From Phoronis australis (Eukaryota; Animalia; Phoronida): a stretch of DNA of 64,000 bases. Position numbers and translations under genes: made by a program. The DNA is taken from assembly GCA_002633005.1 (NCBI GenBank), contig NMRA01000301.1:186001-250000 (forward strand), given 5' to 3'. Shown here one piece after another: positions 27,717-38,942 of the stretch; position 1 is the stretch's first letter; each line of letters opens with the position of its first letter. The notes beneath the pieces are model-generated. The model had not been told where the DNA came from and did not search any database. It worked only from the letters and a program-made list of their open reading frames with translations.

Positions 27717-28637
27717 AATGGTAAGGCTGAGAGTGCAGTCAAGGTGATTAAATCACTTCTTAAGAAGTGTGATGACGTAAACCTAGCACTATTAATGTAT
27801 CGAAACACTCCTCAGCAGGGACATGATTTGAGCTCTGCTCTGCGATGTTTGGGAAGGCGTTTACGCAGTATACTCCCAATTCACCCGTCTTTGCTCAAGC
27901 AAGATTGTCATGATCTTGTCTCGTCCTGCATTGACAAAAAACGATTAAAGTCCCAAGCAACTTATGACCGAAATGCTCGTAGTGTCCCTTCTCTCAGTGT
28001 TGGTGAAAACGTTTATGCCAAACCGCCCCCTCATCTGAAACACAGGCCCTGGTATTTTGGTAAAATCGTTGATAGAAGTAACGCCCGCTCCTATGTTGTA
28101 AGGACGCCATTTTGCTACTTGCGGAGGTCTCGGGCACATTTACGCACTGCTCCTACAAGGTCAGAGGTGCCACAGGTGCCGCCAGACAGTTTTACTTCGC
28201 CAGTAGTCTGTTCTCCCGCTAGTCCGCCTGTAGATGGTACCACTATAGTTTCTCAACCAGACAGTCTGTCTGTGTCTCGCACACCCTTACCTGTCCCGGA
28301 CGTCCCAAGTGTGGTTAAGTCGACTACTCAATATGTTACTCGTTCTGGTAGGGTTGTGGTTCCTCCAAAGCGTTTAGATTTGTGACCTGTTGTTAGGTAC
28401 TTACCCTTATGGCGAGGCCATGTTCATTACATGTAGTTTAAGGTTTCTCATGTTCTTGTCCTCTTATCTGTCATTTTTTTCTTGTTTTGCTTTGTTAAAA
28501 CAGGGGAGGTGTTAATGTGTGCGATGCTCGCCAGGTGGCAGCATCTCTCAGTGTGTTTGGTGCGGGATCGTTACGAATGATAAATATAGTTGATTGCTAA
28601 GAACACGTTGCTTGTCTGATACAAATCAACTATAACA
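27717..28637 (+). mobile_element. Ty3/Gypsy LTR retrotransposon 3' remnant (integrase C-terminus, PPT, 3' LTR)
   Basis: NGKAESAVKVIK..ALLMYRNTP..GRRLRS.LP..RSY.V..RR.R.HL..TRSGRVV.PP.RL*. PPT AAAACAGGGGAGG, then a TGTTA...TAACA LTR at 28510-28637. Confidence 0.88.
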
Positions 28638-28825
28638 CTTTGAATTATGTTCATAGTTATACCTGTCTCTGACACACTCCTTTTGCTGCCTTTTTATGGA
28701 TATAAATATAGTTGATTGCTAAGAACACGTTGCTTGTCTGATACAAATCAACTATAACACTTTGAATTATGTTCATAGTTATACCTGTCTCTGACACACT
28801 CCTTTTGCTGCCTTTTTATGGATAT
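28580..28825. repeat. 122-bp tandem duplication spanning the LTR end and a candidate exon/donor
   Basis: 28580-28701 is repeated essentially exactly from 28702. Confidence 0.95.
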
Positions 28826-29074
28826 CATTATTCCTCGGTTTCACCGGATACTTTCAAAAGTCTATTGTAAACTCCACAACCATGATTAAGTTGGATCTGA
28901 AATTGAGATGAACCATTAAAATCACACTACCCCATGAATGACAATATAGAAATATCAAAAGAGCATCACCATAAGCTACGACGACAATAATTTTAAACAA
29001 TTCTCAAACAACTGCACGCTGCACATTTTTATCAGAAACATTCTTTCAATGCTACCTGATTCTGTGAGCAACTT

Positions 29075-29272
29075 AAGCCATGAGAATGTCAAAACAGCAC
29101 CACCTTATGTCACGAGAAGGTCAAAATGAGGGCACCTTATGCCATGAGAAAGTCAAAATGGGAGCACCTTTATGTCATGAGGATATCAAAACGGGAGCAC
29201 CTTTTGTCACGAGAGTGTCAAAGTGGGAGTGCCTTATGCTACGAGAATATACAATGGGAGCACCTTTACATG
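29075..29272. repeat. Minisatellite, ~33 bp unit, ~6 degenerate copies
   Basis: Recurrent GCACC(T)TTATGTCA(C/T)GAGA..GTCAAAATGGGA. Confidence 0.85.
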
Positions 29273-29370
29273 GGTGGCGCAGCACTGAAAAAAGTTGGGA
29301 GCTATAGCCCCCGAGCCCCCCTGTGGCTGTGGTGCACTGAAAAAAGTGGGGTTATAGTCCCCAGCCCCCT

Positions 29371-30275
29371 TAGGAAATGACCATCGCCTCTGTTGGCCCG
29401 AAGCAGAGGCGATGCAGAGGCTTTTCGGCGAATTATGCCTCGCACCGACTAAACCATCAAAGTCACGTTGTTATAAATACCTTTTGCGCATAGAGGAACA
29501 CCTCAGGAGGTTGTCAATGTGTTTAATTCCTTCCAACTCGAACAAATACTCCTATTAACAAACTTTTTCTTAGAGCAGTCCCTATTTCAGTTCCCAAAAT
29601 CGTGAAATCAAAATTTTTGTACTGCGCACGCTCCAATTTTTACCGTGCTGGCTAGGTGATGTGACTTCATCACCTCAATTTTTAAATAGGCCAAAGGTGA
29701 GCCATTGCGGTCTTGTCAGTCAAATGTTTGTTTCCAAAATGCCACCACTTATACTTGTCTTTAATTGGCATTAATTGAAACTGTTTGTATTTCAATAAAT
29801 TATTGTTTGTATTTGATAAAAATAAATGCTGTTGATATGACATTTAATAGTCTTTGTGCACATATTTGACATTTTAATGTTTAACAACATGGCAAATGCA
29901 CGGCTGGTTCCCGGCAGCACGTACGCAAAGGGCGGGAACTTCAGCTTTCAAAGTTCGCCGGTAGGATCGCAACTTCTAACCTTCGGCCTGGTTAAAAAAA
30001 ATGAAAATTTTGATTTCACGATTTTGGGAACTGAAATAGGGACTGCTCGAAGAAAAAGTTTCATAACGGGAGTATTTGTTCGAGTTGGAAGAACTTAAAC
30101 ACATCGACAACCTCCTAAGGTGTTCGTCTATGCGCAAAAGGTAGTTATAACAACGTGGCTTTGATGGTTAAGTCGGTGCGAGGCATAATTCGCCGAAAAG
30201 CTTCCGGCGTACAGCGCGCCTATAGCCTCTACATCGCCTCTGGTTCGGGCCAACAGAGGCGATGGTCATTGCCTA
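29371..30275. mobile_element. Foldback DNA element with ~330-bp TIRs and TAG...CTA termini (Academ-like)
   Basis: TAGGAAATGACCATCGCCTCTGTTGGCCCGAA mirrors TTCGGGCCAACAGAGGCGATGGTCATTGCCTA; complementarity extends to ~29700/29975. TSD obscured by N at 30276. Confidence 0.8.
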
Positions 30276-30370
30276 NGACAGGGGTCCCAGATTTTGATAG
30301 AAGAGACTGTCAGGTTCTTAAATTTGTGGTTAGAATGTAGTATGCTCTGATACATCAGTCACCGATTTAA

Positions 30371-31715
30371 AGGCTAAGGGCGCCGCTAAGGCAACCTTTT
30401 TTCATGTCATTTTTAGCAAAAATAAGGTTCGTTGATTATCCGAGACATATTTTGCGCTTATTTACTGCTTTTCGTAATTTAATTAAGTACTTGCCGTCTA
30501 CTCCGGAAGGGACGTTTTGGGAGGCAAGAATTTCGCGCCAATTTCTTTTCATATAGTCTGACTGTGAGAGCAGTCGAGTCAGTCATTGTTCTACCTCGGT
30601 TGTGATAAGTTCGGACGTCGTTTGCTTTTGCTTACGAGTCAGTCAACATGCCACGCTGTTGCTGCGTACTGGGGTGTACTCATTATCGTCTCACGTACAG
30701 AGGAAGAACTGTCCCACTTGCCTAAGTGTCCCGCGACACGCTCCCACTGGAGGGGGATCTGAGCACCCAAACTGCTTACATCCCGCCGTGTGACTCCCGT
30801 GCCACACACCTTGGCACCTTCCAAATAGCTCCAATACAAGTCCACAATAAACTTATCAAACTTAGGCTCACCGATCTGTTCATTCGATGACGAACTGTCC
30901 TCTTCACTGGGTGTTGAACTGGGCCTGTATTCACTCCCACTACTCAACATCGCTGCAGGGCTGCTTACAGGCTCTGGGCTAGAGACAACAGCACAGCGCG
31001 AATCACTGCTAGTTCCCGGAATTGCACGCAATGGGGTGCGTTCGGAGGCACGCGTAACAGTAAATGAAGTGCCTTCAGTCACTGTATATAGTGGCCACAG
31101 CTCGCGAGACTTCTCGCTTCAAAAACGCACTTCTCGGGATTGGCGATGGGGCACTACCGGGAATCAACAGCGACGGTGTGGTGCCCTTCTTCAGGCGTTG
31201 TTTCACAGGGACCTTCATCAATTCAGCGTACATATCTCTGTCGTAATCTGACGGCAGAAAATGCTTGCCACACACTCGGTAACCATCCATTGCTTTGTAC
31301 GTTGCGTGGACGGGTAGCGCTGCGTTCTTCACATGAACGAGCTAGCCAAGTACGGCGAAGTGTGTCATCCTTCGGAAAGCGACGCAAGGTTCCCAAAGCG
31401 CGTGTGAGACGATAATGAGTATATCCCGGCACGCAGCAACAGCGTGGCATGTTGACTGACTCGTAAACAAAAGCAAACGACGACCGAACTTATCACAAAC
31501 GAGGTAGAACAATGACTGACTCGACAGCTCTCACTGTCAGACTATAATGAAAAGAAATTGGCGCGAAACTCTTGCCTCCCAAAACGTCACTTCCGGAGTA
31601 GAGGACGAGAAATTAATCAAATTAAGAAAAGCTGTAATTAAGTGAAAAATGTGTCTGGGATAATCAACGAACCTTATTTTTGCTAAAAGTGACATGAAAA
31701 AGGTTGCTTTTGCCT
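30371..31715 (-). mobile_element. Kolobok-like THAP element, TTAA TSD, ~320-bp TIRs
   Basis: TTAA|AGGC...GCCT|TTAA (30367-30370, 31716-31719); long arms are mutually complementary; internal THAP ORF. Confidence 0.85.
30639..31450 (-). pseudogene. THAP zinc-finger ORF with Ser-rich tail, frameshifted
   Basis: MPRCCCVPG(Y)..RFPKDDTLRRTW / ..YRVCGKHF..RLKKGTTPSL (C2CH, F-P, W, AVPTI-like box). Frameshifts near 31340 and 31080; C>Y at a Zn ligand relative to the 49489 copy. Confidence 0.8.
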
Positions 31716-31841
31716 TTAAATCTAAACTACGTTACCTACCATTCTTCTGGAGTGTAAAAATCAAGAAATTTCCACTATCAGATCTAATCTAGAATCACGC
31801 TCGATTAAACTTGTCAAGCAAGCCTTTTGTGTACACAATAC

Positions 31842-32536
31842 TGTTGTATTACTGCAGGTTCACCAGCTAGGCCTCTAGAAGCACTCACCAGTTAAAACAC
31901 AGCTACTCAAGCTTCAGTAAAACCCAATCCAGGTGCCCATCCCGGACAGCCCGATTGCTTGCTGAAAGACTGCAAGCAGGGTTAATCACTTTAAATTATT
32001 TATCTCAAACAAAACGTCCAACGTCATGTCTGTTTATGCTTTATCCAGTGCTGCGAAGCCTTGACTTGTGATGAACTTCTGAGACACTATCAGCAACTGT
32101 TACAGTACTCACTGATTCAATCACCTGCTGTCTTTATAGCTCAGGCTCTCTCTTGGCTATATCTGTAACTGCTGATTCTCTTCGGTGCCACTCAACTGTA
32201 ACTCTCTTTTAACTAACTTTAACTGACTTTCAACTCTAAGTCACTTTTAACTTTTTACTGTCATAAACCCGTTCTTGGGTATTTATAGACTCATGCAATG
32301 TTCTTACCTAGAACTTTTCACAAATTCAAACACATTCTAGAACTTTCCGTAATCTACCCAAGGCAGTCATTCTACAAACACATACTGCGCTCTACAATAT
32401 TGCAGATTACATCAATCTCTCACATGCGAGAATCTTCTAGAATGTTCCACGGTATTCTTTGGTAAACAAATTACATCATCACTGTTTGGACCTCATGGAT
32501 CATGCCCATCAATATCTATCTGCCAACCTGAGTACA
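31842..32536 (-). mobile_element. Possible solo-LTR-like repeat
   Basis: Minus strand could read TG...CA, with TATAAATA near 32280-32288 and nGAAn arrays upstream of it. No TSD found. Confidence 0.3.
32334..32448. promoter_or_regulatory. Heat-shock-element consensus arrays
   Basis: aTTCt-aGAAc-tTTCc (32334-32348) and a perfect 4-unit aGAAt-cTTCt-aGAAt-gTTCc (32429-32448). Confidence 0.5.
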
Positions 32537-33200
32537 AAAAGAACAATAGAACAACATAAAACTGTCAGTCCACTTCTAACAGTCCTTATCTCTGATTGCT
32601 TGTCCAAATTACTTAGAAACACAAGTTATAATAGCAACTATGAAGTAGCTGATTGAAAATCTCCAAATGTTTTGGGAATGAGTTTTGTGGCAAAAATGAC
32701 CTGCTGCAAAACAGTGAACCGTATCCAGTGGGAGGCATGTCATTAAGGCAAAGGTCACCTACCTAGTTACAGAATTTTTAATGTTTCACATTTACAAGTT
32801 GTCAGTGAATACAGCTGCACTGAAGCATGGATAATATGGCATTGCCATTTGGTTTCTGTGATACATTAGCATAAGTTAGGAGCATGCATATACATTCTTC
32901 AATCAGACTGGGCTCAAAATGTTGGGGTGTGTGCGTGAAGCATTGACTTCAGCGACTGTGAACTGTTTGGACATAACTCACTTCTGAGTAAAGAAACAAG
33001 TTGAAACTAGTTATAGTTATAGTGGTCTAAATTAAAAATTTGGGTCTTTGGGTGAAGGCTGGTTCTACTATGAACCCATGCACTGCTCAGCCTAATTGCA
33101 TTGGGACAAAAAATCTCTCAATCCCCTGTTCGATACTAATGACCTGTAGATATGCAACTCTCATGTGAACATTTTACATTCTGTTTCAGGCAGTGTTATC

Positions 33201-33398
33201 ATGTCTTCTGTTACCAAGGGACGCAAGAAATTGATCATTGATACAGACCCGGGATTAGATGACACCCAGGCCATTATGATGGCCTTGTCTGATCCCAGTA
33301 CGGAGGTCATCGCTTTCACAACTGTGTCAGGGAATGTAGGGGTCGAACAGGTCACTAAGAATTTACTGAAGGTCCTGACAGTCTGTGATAGACTGGAC
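33201..33398 (+). CDS. Nucleoside hydrolase (IU-NH family) coding exon 1
   Basis: MSSVTKGRKKLIIDTDPGLDD (DxDxxxDD Ca2+/catalytic motif)..TTVSGNV; upstream acceptor TTTCAG; donor GTAAGT, phase 0. Confidence 0.95.
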
Positions 33399-34249
33399 GT
33401 AAGTCCTGTTACTGTCTTTGCTCAAAACTGCTCAGTCACCAACTCCCTGCCAACTGGTAATTATTAGAGGTGGCTTTAAACTGTCTTGTAAGGTGTTTCC
33501 AACAATGTGCATCTAATTTATTTAAAGCAACAATAGAACCGTCGTTGATTACACAGTAATACTCGAATCTCGCTGAATTTACCCACAATGTCGTAACATC
33601 TTTCAGCCACATTTGGTACCTCATTGTCGTGCCATTGGAGTTGACATGTTATTTCATTGGTGTCTGATTCTTTATAAGTTTTTCTTGGTTGCATTATTCC
33701 ATTTGGCCTTCCAAAGTATTCTGCTGCCCTAAGGGCTGGAACTCCGACATAAGAAAGTTTGATAAACTGAATGTGGGATGTGAAAATTTTCACCTTCCTG
33801 ACATCAATGAGAGAGACACGAAAATGTGCCTGATTTTCAAAATGAGGTCACGCGCTTTCTTAACTCCGGGACAAAGGAGAGTTCTTCTGCCATGTAATCC
33901 AGGACGGCCCTATTAACCGCCTTCCATCAGAAAAAAACAACCTTTGATTTAGAGCACTTTTTATTATTGCGGCATGTCATTTTATGTACTGGGCATGGTC
34001 ACAATAAATGATTAGCTGTTCGTTCATTACAAGTTTAAAAATCACAGCTGAATAAGGAACAGGTTGAACGAGACCAATTCTTTATCGGTTAGTGTCTTAA
34101 ATCAGAAATCTGCTTCTTTGATGGAAAGCACTTCACTTCAACATGCATTTACTTATTACCCGTTTTTGAAGTTGGACTTCAGTGTTTTTCAATGTCAGTT
34201 GTTTAACTCGTGTTTGTTTATAACTGACCAAATTTCTTGCAATTAGGTA

Positions 34250-37170
34250 CCGTATTCGCCCTAATAAGTGCCCAGGGTGCTTAGAAAAATTCACTTTAGA
34301 AAGGGGAGCCCAAAAGCGGTTGAAACCCGGTCTCCGAAACAGGTGAAATCATAGGCGAGAATTCTTCAAATTTACGCTCTGTGACACATCTGTAACCTAT
34401 GACAGAGTTTCTACAAAATTGCGGTTTATTGCTATCAAACTTTGTTGTTAAATTATGAGCATTTTTCAGAAAATTGCACTGCCAAGAAATTGCCAACTGA
34501 TGCGTCGCTGCCTTGCGATCGCCGATAGGTCAACTTGAATTCGTGAGTAAAAATATAGTTTCGACTCGACAAATTACCTGAAGTCCCCCTTAAAGGAGAA
34601 TACCACCAGATTTTTTTACCGTCTTAATCGGTCTATATCCACATCGCCTCCCATATAGTTGACCTCACCTTGCCGAGAGGTGTTGCGTTAACCTGTAAGG
34701 AAGGTGAGAAGCGACACAGCGACGTTAGTGGTTCGTCTGAAGAATGGATGTCGCTATATTGCGGTGCATCCGTTCTCGCTTGTCCGAACTATGAAGTTGC
34801 GAAGAAAGCGGGTATATCGTTTTTTACTTCCTCGAGAGCCCGAAATGCTTAGGAAGTGGTTCGCGGCAGTGAAGAATGAAAGGTATGCTGTTAATAACAA
34901 GTATGAGGCCGTGAAACATCTCCGTGTCTGGCCAGCATTTCATCGACAGTGATTTCTCTGTCAAATTCTGGCTTACCAAATAACTATCCATACGTTCCGT
35001 TGCCTATGCATGTTCACGACACCTCTCTAGTATTTCCTGATCAGTGTATTCCGGTTCGAAATGATAGCCTGTGAAACCTAACGATATGACCCGTGAAGTG
35101 TTCGTTGGATGAGCTCTTGACTAAGTCGGGATTGGCGCCGGTCGAGTTGCCATGTTCTGTTTCAAAATGAATTATTCTCATCCTAAAATGATCCTAACCA
35201 ATGCTTATATGAAACTGAAACAAAGTCTGTCTCATTAGATACAATGTGTAATGCCTTGAAGTGCTGGTGGGTGCAGATGTTTTGAGAAGCCAGCAATGAA
35301 TAAACCACTGCGTTAGGCTACAGGCTTTTGATGCCGGCATTGAAAGGTAATTAACCGGGCACCGAGGCCGTGGGAGCGCATGCTAATTCAGTGTTTGCTG
35401 ACAGAAAGCTGTTGTGAGACAATTATTCGATTTTATATGCTATTGTCACATGTTAGGGGAATCTTTATTTAGAAATACAACCTTTGCCTTGACGGTCTGT
35501 GGAAGGGGAACTTCGCAGCCTCCAACAAGTATGTAGATTTTCAGTTTCGTGGCTAATTCCACATAAATAATTACGTGCACATTATTTCTTTGACTCACTG
35601 TTGTAGTCTTCGTGACTGAAGTTGTAGTTTCCAACTCAAGCTGGTTTATGTTTGTGCCAGTCCCGGCGGCCGCGACGGGCCTAATCGGGTTCCGAGCCAC
35701 TGGCCAGGATAACAAGTGTTTTGTGTGTTTAGAACTAGAAAAGTCACAGGTATAAACAATACTAAGTACTCCTGTCTGTATTTCACGGAAGAGTACTTTG
35801 AATATATCTCTGAACAGACCCCAAACTCTTGCTACAGCATTACCCTTGGTAAATTGGCCTGCCGAACTTTGTACGCTACAGTGTGTCCAAATACCAGTAA
35901 ACCCATAACAGCGCAATAAAACAACACACTTTTATAAGAACTCGGTGTATTTTTAATGGTTTTACATCGAAGTTTGATGATTTATTGGTGTTAAACAATG
36001 AATTCAAGCGATAAGCTGACACCACTAACCCGTGTTGTGAACTGCTGAACAGACTGCGTGTGAAACCAATTACGTCATTGGATAATTTCAACACCTCCAT
36101 CTACCGTCAGGTGTCAGGTAACGCAACCGAACATGCCGTTATCAAGTAAAACTACTCAATTCAAATTGATATAAAATAGGTTGTTTTTTGGGTGGCATTC
36201 TCCTTTAAGTTTTCAAAATAGCGTCCCTAAGATTTTTAAGTTCCTGTGGTGTCTGGATTAACAGCATATTAAGTCCAGATCTGCACTAGATTGTACTCCG
36301 CAACACGAGAAAAATCTCAGGACGAACACACATGTTGTGATCATGTGATGTTTGTTTTGAAGTTCGTCTGCGTATTGTGTGAGTGAGCGAACACGTGCGT
36401 GTCATCCGAAGGGAGTGCATTTGCCAGAATAAACGTGATGTAACGATCTAGGTGTTCGTAACTAAGGAAATTAACACAAGCAGTAAAGCAGAACGTGTTT
36501 TATTTAGCACTTGATCTCATCTGCTAAAAACATTTGAGAATTGTCTTGGTAAGGTCGATGTCATTGAGTCGCCGGGTGACTGGATGCGTGTCAGTCTAAC
36601 AGTTATTTTTCGGGAGATTCGGGGGTGTAAGGGTGCGGAAGTGTTCATTATAGTGGGTCATTTTGACTTAAAAAACACCAAGTATGACTAATTTAATAAT
36701 TCCCCCTTAAAAATAAGGTTTTTTACAGTATTAGAAACTTTTGGAAATAAGTGCCAGTATTTATTTCTCATTGATGCTATGTTACCCGTTTCATTAATGG
36801 ATAGTACCCGAAGACTAATCTTCGATAACAGGTACTTGTAGCGGGCGTTTCCTGGCCACGTGCTTTTAACTGAACAAAGGTCATGTTTTTGTTAGTCTTC
36901 AATTCGCACTTGCGTTCTTTTTGAAGCACTGTGGAAGTGTATAGTTACAGCTAAATGTCGACATCGCGGCGAGGCTCGTGGTCTACAAATTCCGCGCACA
37001 ATGATTTTTACTGGACTATGTGTTCTTATTGATAAATTGAAGACGTTACTGGTAGAATTTTAGAACTGTAGGTAAGGCATTTTTCGCAGGTACACGGCGT
37101 TCATGGACTGGGCGCTTATTTTAGCAAAGTCTGAAAACGCGTTGGGGGTGTGCTTATAGGGCCAATTCGG
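34250..37170. mobile_element. Tc1/mariner-pogo-like non-autonomous element (TA TSD) in NH intron 1
   Basis: TA|CCGTATTCGCCCTAATAAG versus CTTATAGGGCCAATTCGG|TA imperfect TIRs; hosts the nested element 34594-36204. Confidence 0.65.
34594..36204 (+). mobile_element. Kolobok-like element with a degenerate THAP remnant, nested insertion
   Basis: TTAA|AGGAGAATACCACC ... GGTGGCATTCTCCT|TTAA. 34748-34950 reads MSLYCGASVLACPN..GISFF/LPREPEMLRKWFAAVKN..HLRVW, a broken THAP domain. Confidence 0.8.
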
Positions 37171-37414
37171 TATTCAGTTATTGATACTCGTTAGGTGCGT
37201 TTTGCAGATAAAACACTGTGTGGACAGGTCTATGAAGTTGCAGCAATGCTTAAGGGTCGAGTAACAACTCTGCAACTGCGACAAGTCATCACTCAATGGT
37301 ACTGTTGCAGGCAAATCACTAAGTGTGAACAGTCCTTTAGATCTTAAATAAGTGTCTATCTCTAGATACAGGTAATCAAGTCTCTAATTTGTTTGAGTGT
37401 CCTTTTGCGCTTAG

Positions 37415-37589
37415 ATACCAGTTTATAAAGGAGCCACTCACTCCATATTGGGATTTTGCGATGAAAGCTCTTGGTACCATGGCAAGGATGGCTTCGGAGA
37501 TGTAGCAGACGACATTCCAGTGGACATGAGTTTGGTGAAAAGTGAACATGCGGCACAAGCTTTAGTTAATTTAGTGAACAAGATGCCAG
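37415..37589 (+). CDS. Nucleoside hydrolase exon 2
   Basis: IPVYKGA..YHGKDGFGD..EHAAQALV; AG/GT, phase 0-1. Confidence 0.95.
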
Positions 37590-38825
37590 GTGAATATTTG
37601 ACGGAATGTGTGGGAACCATACTTGTGTTTGTTTGAATTGGTTGTTTGGCATTGTCAATCTTGGTAGAGAGATGAGTTTTTGCATTAAGTGGCGACTGTG
37701 CCATCTCAAAATATGATCATGTAATGCTGCTTAAATTGTTCATTTGTTCACAATGATACTATATGTCAGGTGACCCTATTCCATCAGTTGTGATCTGCAA
37801 AACAATTGAAAGTACTACTGTACATATTTGCCAAAAATCCCAAGCAAAACTCTGATTCTGATAGTAGACACAATTTTGTTATATTCTGGATCATTATGAA
37901 TATTTTTCATTGCCTTAGACTAATAGTTAACTAGATAAAATTATGTTCCCAGTAATGCCTGCGAATTTGCAGGTAGCATTTGGAAGACCATTCCATTGTT
38001 ATCAAAATACTGAGTCGTACATTCAACATTCCAATGTTAATAATGCTCTGCTGTAGCTGCACTGTCAGCTCTACTGTTGAAAGCAAGGAACTTCACAGGC
38101 TCTAGAAATATTCTGCGTAATTAGAGACCCTGGTTCTTCCACGATAAGGGAAACATAGAATTCATGGAATATTGCTTCTTTAGTGAAAGTAAGAGATTAG
38201 AAACAGAATTTAAAGATTATTTCAATACCAAATACCTTGATTCTGATATTTTTGGTGGCTAATTACAAAAAGTTATAAATATTATTCATCAAATTTAACA
38301 ATTTTGGCCATTAATCAATCCATGTTGTTTTGCAGCAAATACATTCAAGCAGTTGTTCATTTTTTTCTGAATGTGGCACCGTTCTTTTTTCCAGTTTTGA
38401 GAAACAATAAACATGACATGCAGTACATTATCGCTAAGCTGAGGCATAACTCTGCAGAAAAACTAAAGCAAATCCCAGATCATTTTGATGTCAGTTACCA
38501 CATTGAAGTAAAACAGAATTGGCTAATTCACTAAATGAAAAAAATTGTGTTCGCTGAATGGATTTCTCTGTTTTTGAAAATGGAAATTAAACTAGCCAGG
38601 GTCTTTATACCGTAAGGTATTGTTCTTCTTTTGTCTAACTTTTTTGGAAACTAGGCCAGTTATTCCTATTTCCACAACAAAGGACAGTTCAATTTGTTCC
38701 AGTGCTATTGAATTATTAAAAATGACTTCTTTTTGCTTTTTCAATAAAATAGCAATTTAATTAATTTATTTGTTTTCATGATAATTCTTTTCGTCTCTGC
38801 ATAACCCTTGTGATTAACATTCCAG

Positions 38826-38942
38826 GTGAAATATCATTAGTAACTCTTGGCCCCTTGACTAATGTGGCTCTGGCTATTCGACTAGACCCAACATTTGGCA
38901 GTAAACTCAAAGATTGTTTCATGATGGGTGGAAACATAGAAG
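38826..38942 (+). CDS. Nucleoside hydrolase exon 3
   Basis: GEISLVTLGPLTNVALA..MMGGN; AG/GT, phase 1-1. Confidence 0.95.

Larger units (their letters stand above)
21990..28896 (-). pseudogene. MDC1-like: MDC1-like tandem-BRCT gene, apparently disrupted
   Basis: GT-AG exons: 26078-25998 (..KPRIIFTGVSEDSFTK), 25687-25619 (IIQVFGGEIA..ATHLVTDE), 25264-25166 (VRRTAKFMC..KGIPVVNPKWL), 24784-24629 (..PLFTGYRIHVTKSVKPPPKEMK), 23664-23476 (DIITCLGG..VVVNCEEDL..EFIMTG) and 22041-21990 (..KRRR*). They are colinear with the MDC1 BRCT pair. Lesions: phase clash at 25166/24784, frameshift near 23632, and a candidate upstream exon 28896-28785 with stops in all frames. Confidence 0.8.

Noticed and set aside
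28785-28896. In-frame TGA as selenocysteine or readthrough
   Set aside because: No SECIS recognised, non-conserved context, and the gene has other frameshifts; decay or a UTR exon is simpler.
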